The notes under the pieces are model-generated. The model saw only the letters and a program-made list of their open reading frames with translations. It did not search any database and had not been told where the DNA came from. The position numbers were made by a program, and so were the translations under genes. A stretch of DNA of 64,000 bases from an uncultured delta proteobacterium (GTDB lineage: Bacteria > Desulfobacterota > Desulfobacteria > Desulfobacterales > UBA2156): NCBI GenBank assembly GCA_963736855.1, contig CAVTQK010000015.1, forward strand, positions 384,001 to 448,000, read 5' to 3'. Positions 28,677-40,054 of this stretch are shown one piece after another; position 1 is the stretch's first letter, and each line of letters starts with the position of its first letter.

Positions 28677-31505
28677 ATGATCACCGATCAGATCATCATC
28701 CAAGGTGCGCGGCAGCACAACCTTAAAAACATCGATGTTTCCATCCCAAGGAATAAGCTGGTTGTCATAACCGGCCTATCCGGATCCGGTAAATCGACGC
28801 TGGCTTTTGATACCCTTTATGCAGAAGGTCAACGCCGGTATGTGGAATCTCTTTCCACATATGCCCGTCAGTTTTTGGAGCGGATGGAAAAACCGGACGT
28901 TGACAGCATCGAAGGGCTTTCTCCGGCCATCGCCATTGAACAAAAATCCGCCGGCCATAACCCTCGATCCACAGTAGGGACCGTCACGGAAATTTATGAT
29001 TACCTCCGCCTGTTGTTCGCGAGGGTTGGCACGCCTTATTGCTATCAGTGCCATCGTCTTATCACCTCCCAGTCCATTGACCAGATCGTGGACCAGATCC
29101 TATCCCTGCCTCAGGGGACCCGAACCCTAATCCTGGCACCGTTAGTAAATCAGCAAAAGGGATCTCACGAGAAACTCTTTAAGAAGCTCATCAAGGAGGG
29201 TTTTGCCAGGGTCCGCGTCGATGGGATGTTATATGAAATTGAAGAGGTCCCTGCGCTGGTGAAAAACAAGAAGCACGATATCCAAGTCGTGGTGGATCGT
29301 CTCCAGGTTAAGGACGGCCTCAAAAGCCGTTTGGCCGATTCCCTGGAGCTGGCCATGGCCCAATCGGATGGGGTGGTCATTGTGGACGTTGTGGGGAAAG
29401 AGCCGATTCTGTTCAGCGAAAAAGCGGCATGTATCCACTGCGGTATCAGCTACCCCGAACTCACACCGGCAAGCTTCTCCTTCAATTCCCCTCAGGGAGC
29501 CTGTCCGAAATGCGACGGGATGGGCACCATCACCGAATTCGATCCGGGTTTGATCGTTCCCAATCCGAGCCTTTCCCTAAGGGAGGGGGCGGTGGCTCCC
29601 TGGGCCAACCGCAATTCGATCTATTTCGCCGAATTCCTCGAGGCTCTGACGCAACATTACCGCGTGGATATTTTTACACCCTTCAAGGACCTTCCGGAAC
29701 CCTTCAAACAGGCCTTATATTATGGTTCCGGAGATGAAGTCATCACTTTCTATTTCGAGCGTGACAACCGACGATATACTTACCAGAGACCCTTTGAAGG
29801 GATAATCCCCAATCTTCAGCGACGTTACATGGAAACCGACTCCCACCAGATGCGGGAGGAGATTCAGCAGTATATGAACTTTCAGTCGTGCCCCGAATGC
29901 CAAGGGACGCGACTGAGGCCCGAAAGCCGAAGCGTTCGGGTAGGGGGGAAAACCATATCCGAGGCCACCGCATTTTCCGTTGAAAGGGCCAATGCTTTTT
30001 TCCTGGATTTGAAACTTGTCGGGAAGCGCCGGATCATCGCCGAACGGATTCTCAAGGAGATCGTGGATCGGCTTGGATTTTTGAAAAATGTGGGACTGGG
30101 CTATCTGACTCTGGATCGCTCGGCCAACACCCTGTCCGGCGGCGAGAGTCAGCGGATCCGGCTTGCCACCCAAATCGGATCCAAGCTGACCGGTGTCCTT
30201 TATGTCCTAGACGAACCGAGCATCGGACTTCATCAACGGGATAACCGGCGTCTTTTGGACACGCTCGTGAAGATGCGGGACATCGGTAATACCATTCTTG
30301 TGGTCGAACACGACGAGGAAACCATCCGACAGGCGGATCACGTCATCGACATGGGACCTGGGGCCGGAATCCATGGCGGCGAGGTCGTCTTTTCCGGGGA
30401 CCCGGAAGCATTGGCCGCCGATTCCCGGTCCCTGACCGGGCAGTACCTGTCGGGGGTAAAAAAAATAGAGGTTCCTAAATACCGGCGTAAAGGACATGGA
30501 ACCCAACTCATCGTCGAAAAAGCCTCCCAAAACAACCTCAAGAATCTCACCGTAACCTTCCCTCTCGGCTGCCTGATCTGTGTCACCGGTGTTTCCGGAT
30601 CCGGGAAATCCACCCTTGTCCTGGAAACCCTTTATCGCGCCCTGTCCCAAAAGCTTTATCGCGTAAGGGTTCCGGCAGGCGCTCATGAACGGATCATCGG
30701 CATTGAACATATGGACAAGGTGATCCACATCGATCAGTCCCCCATCGGACGGACGCCCCGATCAAATCCGGGCACATATACCGGAGTCTTCACGTTTATT
30801 CGGGAACTTTTTTCCAAAACTCCCGACTCCAGGGCTAGGGGCTATAAAGCCGGCCGTTTCAGTTTCAATGTGAAAGGGGGACGATGCGAGGCCTGCACAG
30901 GAGACGGCATCATCAAAATCGAAATGCACTTCCTGCCGGATATTTACGTTCCCTGCGACGTGTGCCGAGGAAAACGATACAACCGGGAAACCCTCGAGAT
31001 CCGTTACAAAGGAAAGAACATCACCGACGTATTGGAGATGACCGTGAACCAGGCGTTGCAGTTTTTCGCAAACATCTCCGCCATTCGTTCAAAACTGCAG
31101 ACGCTAATGGACGTGGGGCTGGGGTATATCCGATTGGGTCAGCCGGCCACCACCCTTTCCGGTGGAGAGGCCCAGAGAGTCAAACTGTCCCGGGAACTGA
31201 GCAAGAGAGGTACCGGGAAGACCATCTATTTTCTGGATGAACCCACCACCGGACTCCACATGGACGACATCCGCAAGCTTTTAACCGTGCTCAATCGCCT
31301 AGTGGATGCCGGAAACACCGTCGTCGTCATCGAGCACAACCTGGATGTCATCAAGTGCGCCGATTACATCATCGACTTGGGACCCGAAGGGGGGGATGCA
31401 GGAGGTCAATTAGTGGGTTGCGGGACACCCGAAGCCGTCTCCGGCCTCACCCACTCCTACACCGGGCAGTTTCTTAAAAAGGTCCTTCCCGCCTCATACC
31501 GCTGA
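28677..31505 (+). CDS. uvrA: Excinuclease ABC subunit A
   Basis: GARQHNLK, two Walker A motifs ([16 protein letters not shown]), two LSGGE signatures, Zn fingers. Confidence 0.98.
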   Translation: MITDQIIIQGARQHNLKNIDVSIPRNKLVVITGLSGSGKSTLAFDTLYAEGQRRYVESLSTYARQFLERMEKPDVDSIEGLSPAIAIEQKSAGHNPRSTVGTVTEIYDYLRLLFARVGTPYCYQCHRLITSQSIDQIVDQILSLPQGTRTLILAPLVNQQKGSHEKLFKKLIKEGFARVRVDGMLYEIEEVPALVKNKKHDIQVVVDRLQVKDGLKSRLADSLELAMAQSDGVVIVDVVGKEPILFSEKAACIHCGISYPELTPASFSFNSPQGACPKCDGMGTITEFDPGLIVPNPSLSLREGAVAPWANRNSIYFAEFLEALTQHYRVDIFTPFKDLPEPFKQALYYGSGDEVITFYFERDNRRYTYQRPFEGIIPNLQRRYMETDSHQMREEIQQYMNFQSCPECQGTRLRPESRSVRVGGKTISEATAFSVERANAFFLDLKLVGKRRIIAERILKEIVDRLGFLKNVGLGYLTLDRSANTLSGGESQRIRLATQIGSKLTGVLYVLDEPSIGLHQRDNRRLLDTLVKMRDIGNTILVVEHDEETIRQADHVIDMGPGAGIHGGEVVFSGDPEALAADSRSLTGQYLSGVKKIEVPKYRRKGHGTQLIVEKASQNNLKNLTVTFPLGCLICVTGVSGSGKSTLVLETLYRALSQKLYRVRVPAGAHERIIGIEHMDKVIHIDQSPIGRTPRSNPGTYTGVFTFIRELFSKTPDSRARGYKAGRFSFNVKGGRCEACTGDGIIKIEMHFLPDIYVPCDVCRGKRYNRETLEIRYKGKNITDVLEMTVNQALQFFANISAIRSKLQTLMDVGLGYIRLGQPATTLSGGEAQRVKLSRELSKRGTGKTIYFLDEPTTGLHMDDIRKLLTVLNRLVDAGNTVVVIEHNLDVIKCADYIIDLGPEGGDAGGQLVGCGTPEAVSGLTHSYTGQFLKKVLPASYR

Positions 31506-31533
31506 ATCCGAAAGGGAACCATCGGCGAAAAAT

Positions 31534-31581
31534 AAAAAAAGGAGCCGACCCTTCAAAGAAGGACTCGGCCCCCCTTTTGTT
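31534..31581. terminator. Bidirectional intrinsic terminator between convergent uvrA and atpE
   Basis: A-run, GGAGCCGA..CCTTC-aaa-GAAGG..TCGGCCCC, T-run. Confidence 0.7.
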
Positions 31582-31593
31582 TCTTAGGCGAAA

Positions 31594-31878
31594 TTAATGG
31601 GCGGCGAAAATCTTCGCGATCGCCGCTGCCTGAGGATGCGCGTAAATGAGAATCAGCGCGATGACGAGTGCATAAATACACAACGACTCGATCATGGCCA
31701 GGCCGATCAACATCGTGACGGTCACCTTACCGGAGGATTCCGGGTTCCTCGCAATCCCCTCAACGGCCGCGCGCAGTCCGAGGCCCTGAGCAATGCCGCA
31801 GAAAGATGCCGCAATGGCGATCCCGAAACCTGCCGCTGTCACGCTTGCGATAAAAAATTTCAATGCTTCTGCTTCCAT
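31594..31878 (-). CDS. atpE: F0 ATP synthase subunit c
   Basis: GIAQG...IARNPE...AMIESLCIY. Confidence 0.97.
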   Translation of the reverse strand: MEAEALKFFIASVTAAGFGIAIAASFCGIAQGLGLRAAVEGIARNPESSGKVTVTMLIGLAMIESLCIYALVIALILIYAHPQAAAIAKIFAAH

Positions 31879-32020
31879 TCGTCCTCTACCTCCTTTTTAA
31901 GTATGGTTTCTGGGCTTCTTCCATAACCCATTTCCGCTTATGAAATCTCTTGTCCTCCGGCGCAGGTCTGTTGCTCCCCGGTGTTACCGCAGGATGAAAT
32001 CCTCCGGACCGGTTCATGTA

Positions 32021-32710
32021 TCAGTGCGCATGCTCCATGGCACCGGTAAAATACATGATGGACAAAAGAAAGAAAACAAAGGCCTGTACCAGCGCCACGA
32101 AAATTCCCAGCCCCATGATGGGAAGCGGCGCAAAGAACGCCCCAGCAAGTGCAAATAAAATGGCCAGCACCAGCTCGTGTCCCATCATATTCCCGAAAAG
32201 CCGGAAGGTCAGAGAAAGGATCCGGGCCAGATGGCCGATGAGTTCAATGGGGAAGATGATGGGGATCATCCACCATACCGGTCCCAAAAAATGCTTGATA
32301 TACTTAGCGCCGTGATACTTAATGCCTATGATATGCGTGAAAATGACCACGGTCAGCGCACAGGAAGCCGTGGTGTTGAGGCTGGCGGTAGGCGGAAAAA
32401 ATCCGGGAACTAAACCGATCAGGTTACAGGTGAAAATGTAAATGAAGACCGTAGCGATGATGGGCAAGAGCCATCGCCCCTCCTCGCCGGTGATGTCCAC
32501 CATGAAGTCCTCAATGCCTGAAATAATGACCTCGAAAAAGTTTTGCCCTTTGGAAGGAATCATACTAACGCCCTTTGCCGCCAGGGCTCCGGCGATGATG
32601 AGAATGGCCATCACCACCCAGGAATAGATTACGTGGGGATAGGCATGGGCGAAATGACCCAGTCCTACAGCCTCAAACAGTTTGACGAAAAAGAGATAGG
32701 GATGCTCCAC
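32021..32710 (-). CDS. atpB: F0 ATP synthase subunit a
   Basis: NLIGLVPG, RILSLTFRLFGN, VQAFVF. Confidence 0.97.
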   Translation of the reverse strand: MEHPYLFFVKLFEAVGLGHFAHAYPHVIYSWVVMAILIIAGALAAKGVSMIPSKGQNFFEVIISGIEDFMVDITGEEGRWLLPIIATVFIYIFTCNLIGLVPGFFPPTASLNTTASCALTVVIFTHIIGIKYHGAKYIKHFLGPVWWMIPIIFPIELIGHLARILSLTFRLFGNMMGHELVLAILFALAGAFFAPLPIMGLGIFVALVQAFVFFLLSIMYFTGAMEHAH

Positions 32711-32711
32711 G

Positions 32712-33098
32712 TTACGTTGCCTCCTTGAAAATAAGATGTTTCAGCTCCATAAGCGTTGCAAACAGGATGCTTAAAACAACCACTGAAAGCCCGAGAATCA
32801 AGCCCAGCGGATCCACATACTTTCCTGAGATCAGCCAGAAGATGATCAGGCCGCTGACGGCAAACCGGGCGTAATATTTAGCAATGACGACATGGTGAGA
32901 AGAAAGATGGGGGGGCGTAAGCGCGCTTTTAAGGGTGCGACAGAGCAAATGGAAATTGACCGTTACGATAAGTCCTCCCAAAATCAGGCCCAGGGCAAAG
33001 CGCGAAGATGTCAATAGGAACCCTACCATCGAAATAAGGCTCAAAAGCACCCAGTTGGAACGGGTGATACAGGTCAGAATGCGTTTTTGAATCTTCAC
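32712..33098 (-). CDS. atpI: ATP synthase subunit I
   Basis: Four-TM protein directly upstream of atpB; GTG start after GAGG. Confidence 0.85.
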   Translation of the reverse strand: MKIQKRILTCITRSNWVLLSLISMVGFLLTSSRFALGLILGGLIVTVNFHLLCRTLKSALTPPHLSSHHVVIAKYYARFAVSGLIIFWLISGKYVDPLGLILGLSVVVLSILFATLMELKHLIFKEAT

Positions 33099-33179
33099 GG
33101 CACCTCGATGATTCTCATATATGGCCCACACAAAACCTAAGATCGATTCAACCACTCGAACCCGAAAGTCGATCTGATT

Positions 33180-33399
33180 TCATACCCGTCCGCTCTTTTT
33201 TATGGCCAATCCGATGTTTCTGAAGGCAGCCGCGATTCCCAGCCCTAGAAAAATAAGAGGTTAACCAGGGACCTGACTGAAAGCGCCGGTCGAGGTAAAC
33301 CCCGATGGTCAGCCCGATAAAGATGGACAGTGCGATTTGGAATCCCAAGCTGCTGTAATAAGCAAGATCTCTGATCCAACGCCGGGTTTCCCGCTTCAT
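33180..33399 (-). pseudogene. AtpZ/AtpI-family protein with a +1 frameshift at ~33258 (possibly sequence error)
   Basis: IGVYLDRRFQSGPWLT continues as LIFLGLGIAAAFRNIGLAIKKSGRV* if base 33258 is removed. Confidence 0.8.
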
Positions 33400-33535
33400 T
33401 TCAACGAACGGTCCTTGTGTAGGTAAAACCCCAAACCGTATAAGGCCACGGCTTTTACCATGGCTTCCATGTCAAGTCAATCCCAAAATGAAAATTTTTT
33501 ATCCCCCGGCCCATTCTGCATCCTAAGCCCATCCC

Positions 33536-34336
33536 TTAGTTCCAGCCAAGGGTTTCGGCGTCAAAAACCGGCCCATCGGAGCAGACATGCAGGTATCGGT
33601 CTTTCCTTTTTCCCTCCACGGCACACCCCAGACAGGCACCGATGCCACACGCCATCAGGGCCTCGATGGAAACCTGACAGGGCGCATTTATGAGCCGTGC
33701 CATCTGCACGACGCATCTGAGCATCGCTTCGGGTCCGCAAGCATAGATGATATCCGGCGGGAAAGTCTGCGCCAGTTCCTGGACAGGGTAAGTGACCAGG
33801 CAATGATCCCCGGCGCTTCCGTCGTCCGTGGTGACGTGGAGTTTGACTCCCATCTCCTTCAACTCATCCCGGCACAGCAATTCCTCCTGGCCCCTCGCAC
33901 CGAGGAAAAAATCACAGCTTCCCGGATCCATCCCATTTTTCAGCATTGTTTCCAGAAAAAAGATCAGCGGCGCCACGCCGATGCCGCCGGCCACAATCAT
34001 GAGACGGCAAGCGTCCTTCGGCAACACGAATCCTCGACCCAGGGGGCCCACCATACGGACCATTTCCCCTTCCCGGATCCGCATCATCTTTCGGGTCATC
34101 GCCCCCACCACGCGGTATAGGATCTGAATTTTCACATCCCCTTGGCCGCTGATTTTGACTCGATGGATGGAAAAGGGCCGGGGAAGCAGGGGACTCTCTC
34201 CGTCCGGAATATGCAGCATGATAAACTGACCCGGAACGGCGCTGATATAAGAAGGATCGCATGCCAGCGTCATTTTACAGCATTCCGGACTCATCCTTTC
34301 ATGATGTAGTATGGCTGATTTTTCCAGAATCATCAC
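33536..34336 (-). CDS. pyrK: Dihydroorotate dehydrogenase electron transfer subunit
   Basis: PGQF, RPFS, GPLGRGF, AGGIGVAP, MACGIGACLGC...VCSDGPVF. Confidence 0.92.
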   Translation of the reverse strand: MMILEKSAILHHERMSPECCKMTLACDPSYISAVPGQFIMLHIPDGESPLLPRPFSIHRVKISGQGDVKIQILYRVVGAMTRKMMRIREGEMVRMVGPLGRGFVLPKDACRLMIVAGGIGVAPLIFFLETMLKNGMDPGSCDFFLGARGQEELLCRDELKEMGVKLHVTTDDGSAGDHCLVTYPVQELAQTFPPDIIYACGPEAMLRCVVQMARLINAPCQVSIEALMACGIGACLGCAVEGKRKDRYLHVCSDGPVFDAETLGWN

Positions 34337-34345
34337 ATATCTTCC

Positions 34346-35122
34346 TCAAACGGTGCAAAGTTCGATGGCGCCGGCAAACCGGCCGGTGGTTTTTCTACTG
34401 CGATAAGAGAAAAACAGGTCGGTCCGGCACCGGGTGCACAAACCGCTGTTGTGTACGTTGTTTCCTGAAAGCCCTTCATCGATGAGTTGGTCCCGGGTGA
34501 TGGACCAAAAATCAAAACGGTTGCGGCTATCTTTGTAAATCCAGTAGGATGGGGGAATCTCCTCCGCATAATTCGTGAATTCGGCGCAGCAGGGCCCCAA
34601 GGAAGGACCGATACAGGCGATGAGGTTCTCCGGTCGACAGCCGAATGTACGGTTCATGGACCGCACGGTCTTTCCCACGATCCCTCGAATACTCCCCCGC
34701 CAGCCGGCATGGACGTTGGCAATCACCGGATGCACCGGGTCGTATATGAAAATCGACTGGCAGTCAGCCACTTGGATCACAAGGATCATTCCCGGAATAT
34801 CGGTGATGGCTGCATCCGCCCGGGGAATTATCGGGTTTCCCCATGACGAGGCTGCCTTTCCGGCCGGGAGCATCCAAATCGCATCGCCGTGGATCTGGTC
34901 CATGAAAACCGCCTCGCCACCTCCGGCGCATTCCAGAATTTTCCCCCGGTTTTTCACAATCTTCAGCGGGTCATCTCCCAGTCCGACGCTCATATTCAAA
35001 CTGTCGAAAGGAGAGTCGCTGAATCCTCCATGACGGGTAAAAACCGCATGGAAAAGGCCTGGTTGGGCGACCAGCGCCGGAAATTGGAGAAAGAGGACCC
35101 CGCTTTTTTCCGAAAAAATCAC
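34346..35122 (-). CDS. pgeF: PgeF/YfiH family (polyphenol oxidase-like / purine nucleoside phosphorylase)
   Basis: QIHG, ADA, VADC, HAGWRG, IGPS, FFSYR. Confidence 0.92.
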   Translation of the reverse strand: MIFSEKSGVLFLQFPALVAQPGLFHAVFTRHGGFSDSPFDSLNMSVGLGDDPLKIVKNRGKILECAGGGEAVFMDQIHGDAIWMLPAGKAASSWGNPIIPRADAAITDIPGMILVIQVADCQSIFIYDPVHPVIANVHAGWRGSIRGIVGKTVRSMNRTFGCRPENLIACIGPSLGPCCAEFTNYAEEIPPSYWIYKDSRNRFDFWSITRDQLIDEGLSGNNVHNSGLCTRCRTDLFFSYRSRKTTGRFAGAIELCTV

Positions 35123-35625
35123 GCTGAGTATGCTTTGAGGATCTTTTCGATGAGTCTTGTTGTGGAAATGCCCTCGACAACGGGGATCCTCACCACCCGT
35201 CCCCCGCGACCCTGAACCAGATCCGCCCCCACGATTTGAGATGCCTCCCAGTCGGCTCCTTTTACCAGAACATCCGGGGCCACCTCTTCAATGAGGTTCA
35301 AAGGGTCCGGTTCTTCGAAGACCGTGATGTAATTGACGCATGCCAGGGCGGCAAGGACTTCGGCCCGGTCTTTTTCGGAATTGATTGGTCGGTCGTCTCC
35401 CTTGATGCTCCGGACGGACGCATCCGAGTTGAGCCCTACCAAAAGGACCTCTCCCAGCGTTTTTGCGGCTTTCAGGTAACGAACATGCCCCACATGGAGG
35501 ATGTCGAAGCAACCATTGGTAAAGACGATCCGCTCCCCGCGACTTCGATGAACCTTCAGGGCTTTTTTCAGGGCGACCCGGTCGATAAGCTTCATTTCGA
35601 CCGTCATGACTGCCTCTCCTTTCAC
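35119..35625 (-). CDS. rfaE2: D-glycero-beta-D-manno-heptose 1-phosphate adenylyltransferase
   Basis: [30 protein letters not shown]. Confidence 0.94.
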   Translation of the reverse strand: MKGEAVMTVEMKLIDRVALKKALKVHRSRGERIVFTNGCFDILHVGHVRYLKAAKTLGEVLLVGLNSDASVRSIKGDDRPINSEKDRAEVLAALACVNYITVFEEPDPLNLIEEVAPDVLVKGADWEASQIVGADLVQGRGGRVVRIPVVEGISTTRLIEKILKAYSA

Positions 35626-35632
35626 AGGCTCC

Positions 35633-36547
35633 TCACAGAGTCCGGGCCAGGGTCAGGACATCCACCTTGAAGGCTCCGGCCTCTGTCAGTGCCGTAGCAC
35701 ACGCCTCGGCGGTGGCTCCGGTGGTGTGAACGTCATCCACGAGCAGGATCCTTTTCCCCGCTACTAAAGAAGGTTTCTTCACGGCAAAGGCACCCTGGAT
35801 CGCTGCCCTTCGCTCCTTCCGATTCAACCCGGTTTGGGGTCGCTCCCAGCGGGTCCTGATCAGGATATCTCCCGAAATCCTGTAGGCAAATTCCGGCTTA
35901 CCGTATATGAGGGAATACCGGGGCCAGTTCTTCACCAGGAGATATGCCTGATTGAATCCTCTGCTTTTCAATCGCCGGCGATGAAGGGGCACAGGGATGA
36001 CGACGTCCACAGGATCCTCATTCCATATCCGGTAAAAGAGGATAAACATCAACATCCCGAAGGGGTGCGCCAGTTGGATTTTACCTTCGTACTTGAGCCG
36101 GTGCACCGCCGTCATCATGCCTTGCTCATAAACCCCCACGGCCCTGGCCTTACCGAACGCCCGCAACTCAGCGTCGCACTTTGGACAAAGATGGTCAGTT
36201 CCCTGACGACCGATGAACATTACCCCGCAGACCGGGCACAGCGGGGAAAGGATTGGAACAAATCCCGTCACGCACGCCGGACATGTGCATCGGGACAAGA
36301 GTCGATTCATCACCTGCTCAAAAGAGGCCTTAAACAGATCTTCTTCGGTCATCCAATCGATGAAATCCGTGTCATCACCGTTTGTCCCGGCATTATATAG
36401 AATCCCGCAGATCAGGCACCGGGAAGGAAAAAGAACGTCTCTAAACGGTGTCATCCACCTGCGGGTGACCCTTTTAAAAAAAAGGAGAGGCTTCTTGGAA
36501 AGAAAGGAGGAGGCATCCACCTCCTTTATCCGGTTGCCGTTGATCAT
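35633..36547 (-). CDS. comF: ComF family protein (Zn ribbons plus PRTase domain)
   Basis: Several CxxC pairs, [23 protein letters not shown]; start placed at the ATGA overlap with the rlmB stop. Confidence 0.88.
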   Translation of the reverse strand: MINGNRIKEVDASSFLSKKPLLFFKRVTRRWMTPFRDVLFPSRCLICGILYNAGTNGDDTDFIDWMTEEDLFKASFEQVMNRLLSRCTCPACVTGFVPILSPLCPVCGVMFIGRQGTDHLCPKCDAELRAFGKARAVGVYEQGMMTAVHRLKYEGKIQLAHPFGMLMFILFYRIWNEDPVDVVIPVPLHRRRLKSRGFNQAYLLVKNWPRYSLIYGKPEFAYRISGDILIRTRWERPQTGLNRKERRAAIQGAFAVKKPSLVAGKRILLVDDVHTTGATAEACATALTEAGAFKVDVLTLARTL

Positions 36548-37317
36548 ACGCCGGCTTGGATCCTTGCCCGGAAAACCGTGTACATGGCAATCCCTCCTGC
36601 CACCGATACGTTTAAGGAGTTCAGCCTTCCCCTCTGGGGGATTGAAACCAGTGCATCGCAATGTTGCTTCACCAGGGAACGGATCCCCTTCTCTTCGCCT
36701 CCCACCACCAAGGCGACGGGGCCGTCCAGGTCAACGGAAAAAAGGGGAGTTTTCGCTTCAGGATCGAGGCCGTATACCCAGATTCCCTTTTCCTGAAACC
36801 GTTGGATGGCGCGTACCAGGTTGGTGACCCGGGCCATTCGAATATGTTCCAGGGCCCCGGCCGAAGCCCGGGACACCGCCGCCGTCGGCGGCGCACACCG
36901 GTCCTTGGGAACCACAATACCCGAAACACCCATGCACACACCGGTTCGAACCAAGGCACCCAAATTCCCGGGATCCATCACGCCGTCTGCAACCAGCAGA
37001 AACGGGAGTTCCCCGCCGGGATCGGCCTCCATAAGCATATCGTTGATTTCCATCACCGGATATGGGCCGACCTTTGCGGCGATTCCCTGGGTGAAATGGC
37101 TTCCGGCTATGCGGTTTACTTTCGTAAGGGGCATTTCCACCAACGGGATCCTTCCCGCCTCAGCCTTTTCCCGAATAGACGTTTCCCATAAGACCTTCTT
37201 CCCTGCCGCAATATAGATATTAAAAAACCGGCGTCGCTTTGCAGCCAGGGCCTCGGTGACGGGATGGATCCCATATAGCACCTCGGTTTGTGCTGTCTGT
37301 TTTCGATTGTCCGTCAT
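36544..37317 (-). CDS. rlmB: 23S rRNA (guanosine-2251-2'-O)-methyltransferase
   Basis: YGIHPV, DPGNLGALVR, GGEEKG, SLNVSVA. Confidence 0.93.
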   Translation of the reverse strand: MTDNRKQTAQTEVLYGIHPVTEALAAKRRRFFNIYIAAGKKVLWETSIREKAEAGRIPLVEMPLTKVNRIAGSHFTQGIAAKVGPYPVMEINDMLMEADPGGELPFLLVADGVMDPGNLGALVRTGVCMGVSGIVVPKDRCAPPTAAVSRASAGALEHIRMARVTNLVRAIQRFQEKGIWVYGLDPEAKTPLFSVDLDGPVALVVGGEEKGIRSLVKQHCDALVSIPQRGRLNSLNVSVAGGIAMYTVFRARIQAGV

Positions 37318-37348
37318 ATCCTATTGCCGGAAGAATCGTGTGGATCTT

Positions 37349-37933
37349 TTATGTGCAGGGCTTCTTGCATCGGGTACGGTACCCTTGGATGAGATCCGTC
37401 AGTTCCGAAACGGCGTCTTCCAACCGATCGTTGATGACCACATGGCGGTACATCTGAATTTGGGTAATCTCTGTTCGGGCATCGTCCATGCGTCTTTCAA
37501 GGGATGCTCCGGTTTCCGAGCCCCTTTTCTCAAGCCGCTCCCTGAGCATCCCCAGAGAGGGTGGCATGATGAAAATGGAGATGCACTCTGTGAATCTTTC
37601 CAGGATCTGGCGGGTCCCCTGGATGTCGATATCGAGCAACACGTCGTTCCCCCGGCTCAGTTCCCGGTCCAGAAACGCAGCACTCGTCCCATAGTAATTC
37701 CCATGCACCCGCGCCCACTCGATCCAGTCTCCCGATTCGATGCCGGTTTTGAATGCCGCCTCGGTAATAAAAAAATAGTCCCGGCCGTTTTGTTCCCCCT
37801 CCCTGGGCTTTCGGGTCGTGTAGGAAACGGAATACACCATGTCGGGAAAGCGCTTTAGGATCTCTTGTCCCAATGTGGTCTTTCCGCTTCCGGAAGGCCC
37901 CGACAGGATGAAAAGGCACCCGGAACGTTTCAT
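37349..37933 (-). CDS. gmk: Guanylate kinase
   Basis: SGPSGSGKTT, TTRKPR, YYGT, DIQG. Confidence 0.96.
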   Translation of the reverse strand: MKRSGCLFILSGPSGSGKTTLGQEILKRFPDMVYSVSYTTRKPREGEQNGRDYFFITEAAFKTGIESGDWIEWARVHGNYYGTSAAFLDRELSRGNDVLLDIDIQGTRQILERFTECISIFIMPPSLGMLRERLEKRGSETGASLERRMDDARTEITQIQMYRHVVINDRLEDAVSELTDLIQGYRTRCKKPCT

Positions 37934-37963
37934 GGGACATCTCTCACAAGCGTCCTGCAGAGT

Positions 37964-38224
37964 CTAAGCCTCCTGGGATTCTTTCAGGGTGGCATAACGC
38001 TGGGAAATGGTTTCCGCCTGGATCGCGGACAGGATGACGTGATTGCTGTCCATGATGATGACGGAACGGGTCTTCCGGCCGTGAGTCGCATCCACCAGGC
38101 GCTTTTCCTTCCTGGCTTCGTCCTTGAGGCGTTTCATGGGAGCGGAGTTGGGAGAAACGATCGCCACCACCCGCTCGGCCACCACCGTCCCACCAAAACC
38201 GATGTTCAATAATGTCTGCTCCAT
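37964..38224 (-). CDS. remA: RemA/DUF370 family protein
   Basis: LLNIGFG...SAPMKRL...[10 protein letters not shown]; between yicC and gmk. Confidence 0.93.
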   Translation of the reverse strand: MEQTLLNIGFGGTVVAERVVAIVSPNSAPMKRLKDEARKEKRLVDATHGRKTRSVIIMDSNHVILSAIQAETISQRYATLKESQEA

Positions 38225-38273
38225 AGGATCTCCTTCAGGACTGGTTCCTAAACAGGTCTAAGGAGGATTCGTC

Positions 38274-39155
38274 TCATTCGATATTCAGAATCTGTTCCCG
38301 CATTTTTTCCAGCTCCGACTTGACTTCCACCACTACCTGGGAAACGATGGCATTTTCCGCTTTAGCTCCTATAGTGTTAAACTCCCGGTTGATCTCTTGC
38401 AATAAAAAATTTAGCTTTTTTCCGGCCGGCTCCGGGGAATCCGTTATATGCCGAAACTGGGACAGGTGGCTTTTCGCCCGGGTGATTTCTTCCGTGATGT
38501 CCCGTTTGACGGCAACCATTGCTGCTTCCTGGGCGATGCGGCCCGGATCGAGGTCCATCTTACTGGAAATCAATGCCGATATCCGTTCCTCGAGACGAAG
38601 CCGACACTCGGCCGGGGCATCCTTCGTCTCTCTTTCTACATTCGTAAGGTGCCCTTCGATCTGTTCAAGGCGCATGGTGAAATCATTGCGTAGGGCTTGC
38701 CCTTCTGCGGTTCGCATCACTTCCAGGTCGTTTAGTGCCGCCGCCAGGCACGATTGGACGCTTTGCCAGCAATATTCAACGTCTTTTTCCTTTGCCTTTA
38801 ATTGGATCACTCCGGGAGCGTTGGCGACCAGATCCAAAGAGACTTCCCCGGGAATCCCGAATTCCTCTTTCAAATGAGCCAAAGCGGCATAGAAAGACCG
38901 TGCCCTGGCATGGTCCACCTGGAAGTCAACGGTCGGTTCGGACGGCTCCTGGATCGAAAGGAAGATCTCCAGCCGTCCCCGGCTGATCCATCGAGCCACT
39001 TCCTTTTTGATCCGATCTTCCAGTTCCAGGTAATCGCGGGGCATCCGTAACGCAATGTCGAGAAAACGGCTGTTGTAAGAACGGATCTCGATCGTGATTT
39101 CCATCGAATTGTCCATGCGTTTTGCTCGTGTAAAAGCGGTCATGCTTTTAACCAT
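38274..39155 (-). CDS. yicC: YicC/YloC family endoribonuclease
   Basis: KSMTAF, DITEEITR, GKKLNFLLQEINREFNTIGAK, REQILNIE. Confidence 0.94.
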   Translation of the reverse strand: MVKSMTAFTRAKRMDNSMEITIEIRSYNSRFLDIALRMPRDYLELEDRIKKEVARWISRGRLEIFLSIQEPSEPTVDFQVDHARARSFYAALAHLKEEFGIPGEVSLDLVANAPGVIQLKAKEKDVEYCWQSVQSCLAAALNDLEVMRTAEGQALRNDFTMRLEQIEGHLTNVERETKDAPAECRLRLEERISALISSKMDLDPGRIAQEAAMVAVKRDITEEITRAKSHLSQFRHITDSPEPAGKKLNFLLQEINREFNTIGAKAENAIVSQVVVEVKSELEKMREQILNIE

Positions 39156-39717
39156 GTGAAATTGCCTTTCCAATCTCCGTCGGAGGTGCACCAGCTCTTG
39201 CCAGATCCTTGACATACTTATCGCGGACTCGCTTCAGGTATCGCAGCATATCCGATCGGCAATAGTCCGGGTATGTCCATGGCAGCTTTTGGAATACCCC
39301 ATTTTGGAAAAGGAGAGTCAAATCGGCGTAAATACCCTGTCCTATGTAGATCCGGTGAGAAAAGTTTTTTCCGGTGGCCACAACGACATGCTCCCGCGAC
39401 ACATACCCGGGGTCCAAATTCACCCGACGCTTCCCATCTAGTGCGAATCGGCTCTCCAGGGTATTGGTTTCGACCTTGATGGCTGTCAGATCATCCCGCC
39501 GGATTAAGAGTTCAAAGGCCATCATCCTTCGAAGGAGGGGGGTCCCCATTTCCGATTCATAATAATCGGTCAGGTCAAAGGGAAACCACCGGCTGACCAT
39601 GTCCACGGAACCGTAGCGGTCCGCGAGCATGCGGACTGCCGATGGAAACAGCGACTTGTCTTTTAAAAAAATCCCGATAATCAGCTTGACCGGTTTGGGT
39701 ATGTGCAAAAGACTCAC
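39148..39717 (-). CDS. DUF4416 family protein
   Basis: TDYYESEMG, RRVNLDPGY, KNFSHRIY, LPWTYPDY. Confidence 0.85.
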   Translation of the reverse strand: MSLLHIPKPVKLIIGIFLKDKSLFPSAVRMLADRYGSVDMVSRWFPFDLTDYYESEMGTPLLRRMMAFELLIRRDDLTAIKVETNTLESRFALDGKRRVNLDPGYVSREHVVVATGKNFSHRIYIGQGIYADLTLLFQNGVFQKLPWTYPDYCRSDMLRYLKRVRDKYVKDLARAGAPPTEIGKAISHG

Positions 39718-39883
39718 GGGCTATTCGCTTGTTTTAAAAAGGATTTATACAGGTACGCCGTCATGACGAAGGGTGCGGCGCCCAGCAGATGGACATTTTA
39801 CGAAGCCAATAAACCCTGTTGTTGCAAAAGCCAACTCCGCAGTCCAATTACAGCGGGACAGGTAATCTGCTTGCTTAAACGGT

Positions 39884-40054
39884 TCAAGAGATGCGTTTGG
39901 CTTCGTCGATGAGCATGATGGGAATGTCGTCCTTGATTTCGTACAGCAGCTTGCACCGGTCACAGATCAGCCCGTCTTTTGTGTCGTTAAGATGGATATT
40001 CCCCTTGCATTTGGGACAGGCCAGGATATCTAAAAGCTCCTGACTTATGGCCAT
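39884..40054 (-). CDS. Trm112 family protein (56 aa, below the ORF-track cutoff)
   Basis: Manual translation MAISQELLDILACPKCKGNIHLNDTKDGLICDRCKLLYEIKDDIPIMLIDEAKRIS; GGAGG RBS. Confidence 0.93.
   Translation of the reverse strand: MAISQELLDILACPKCKGNIHLNDTKDGLICDRCKLLYEIKDDIPIMLIDEAKRIS

Noticed and set aside
31594..33399. atpZ/I/B/E without b and F1 genes
   Set aside because: Split atp operons are the normal state in deltaproteobacteria.
33536..34336. pyrK without adjacent pyrD
   Set aside because: The partner may lie elsewhere; nothing in the sequence suggests a new role.
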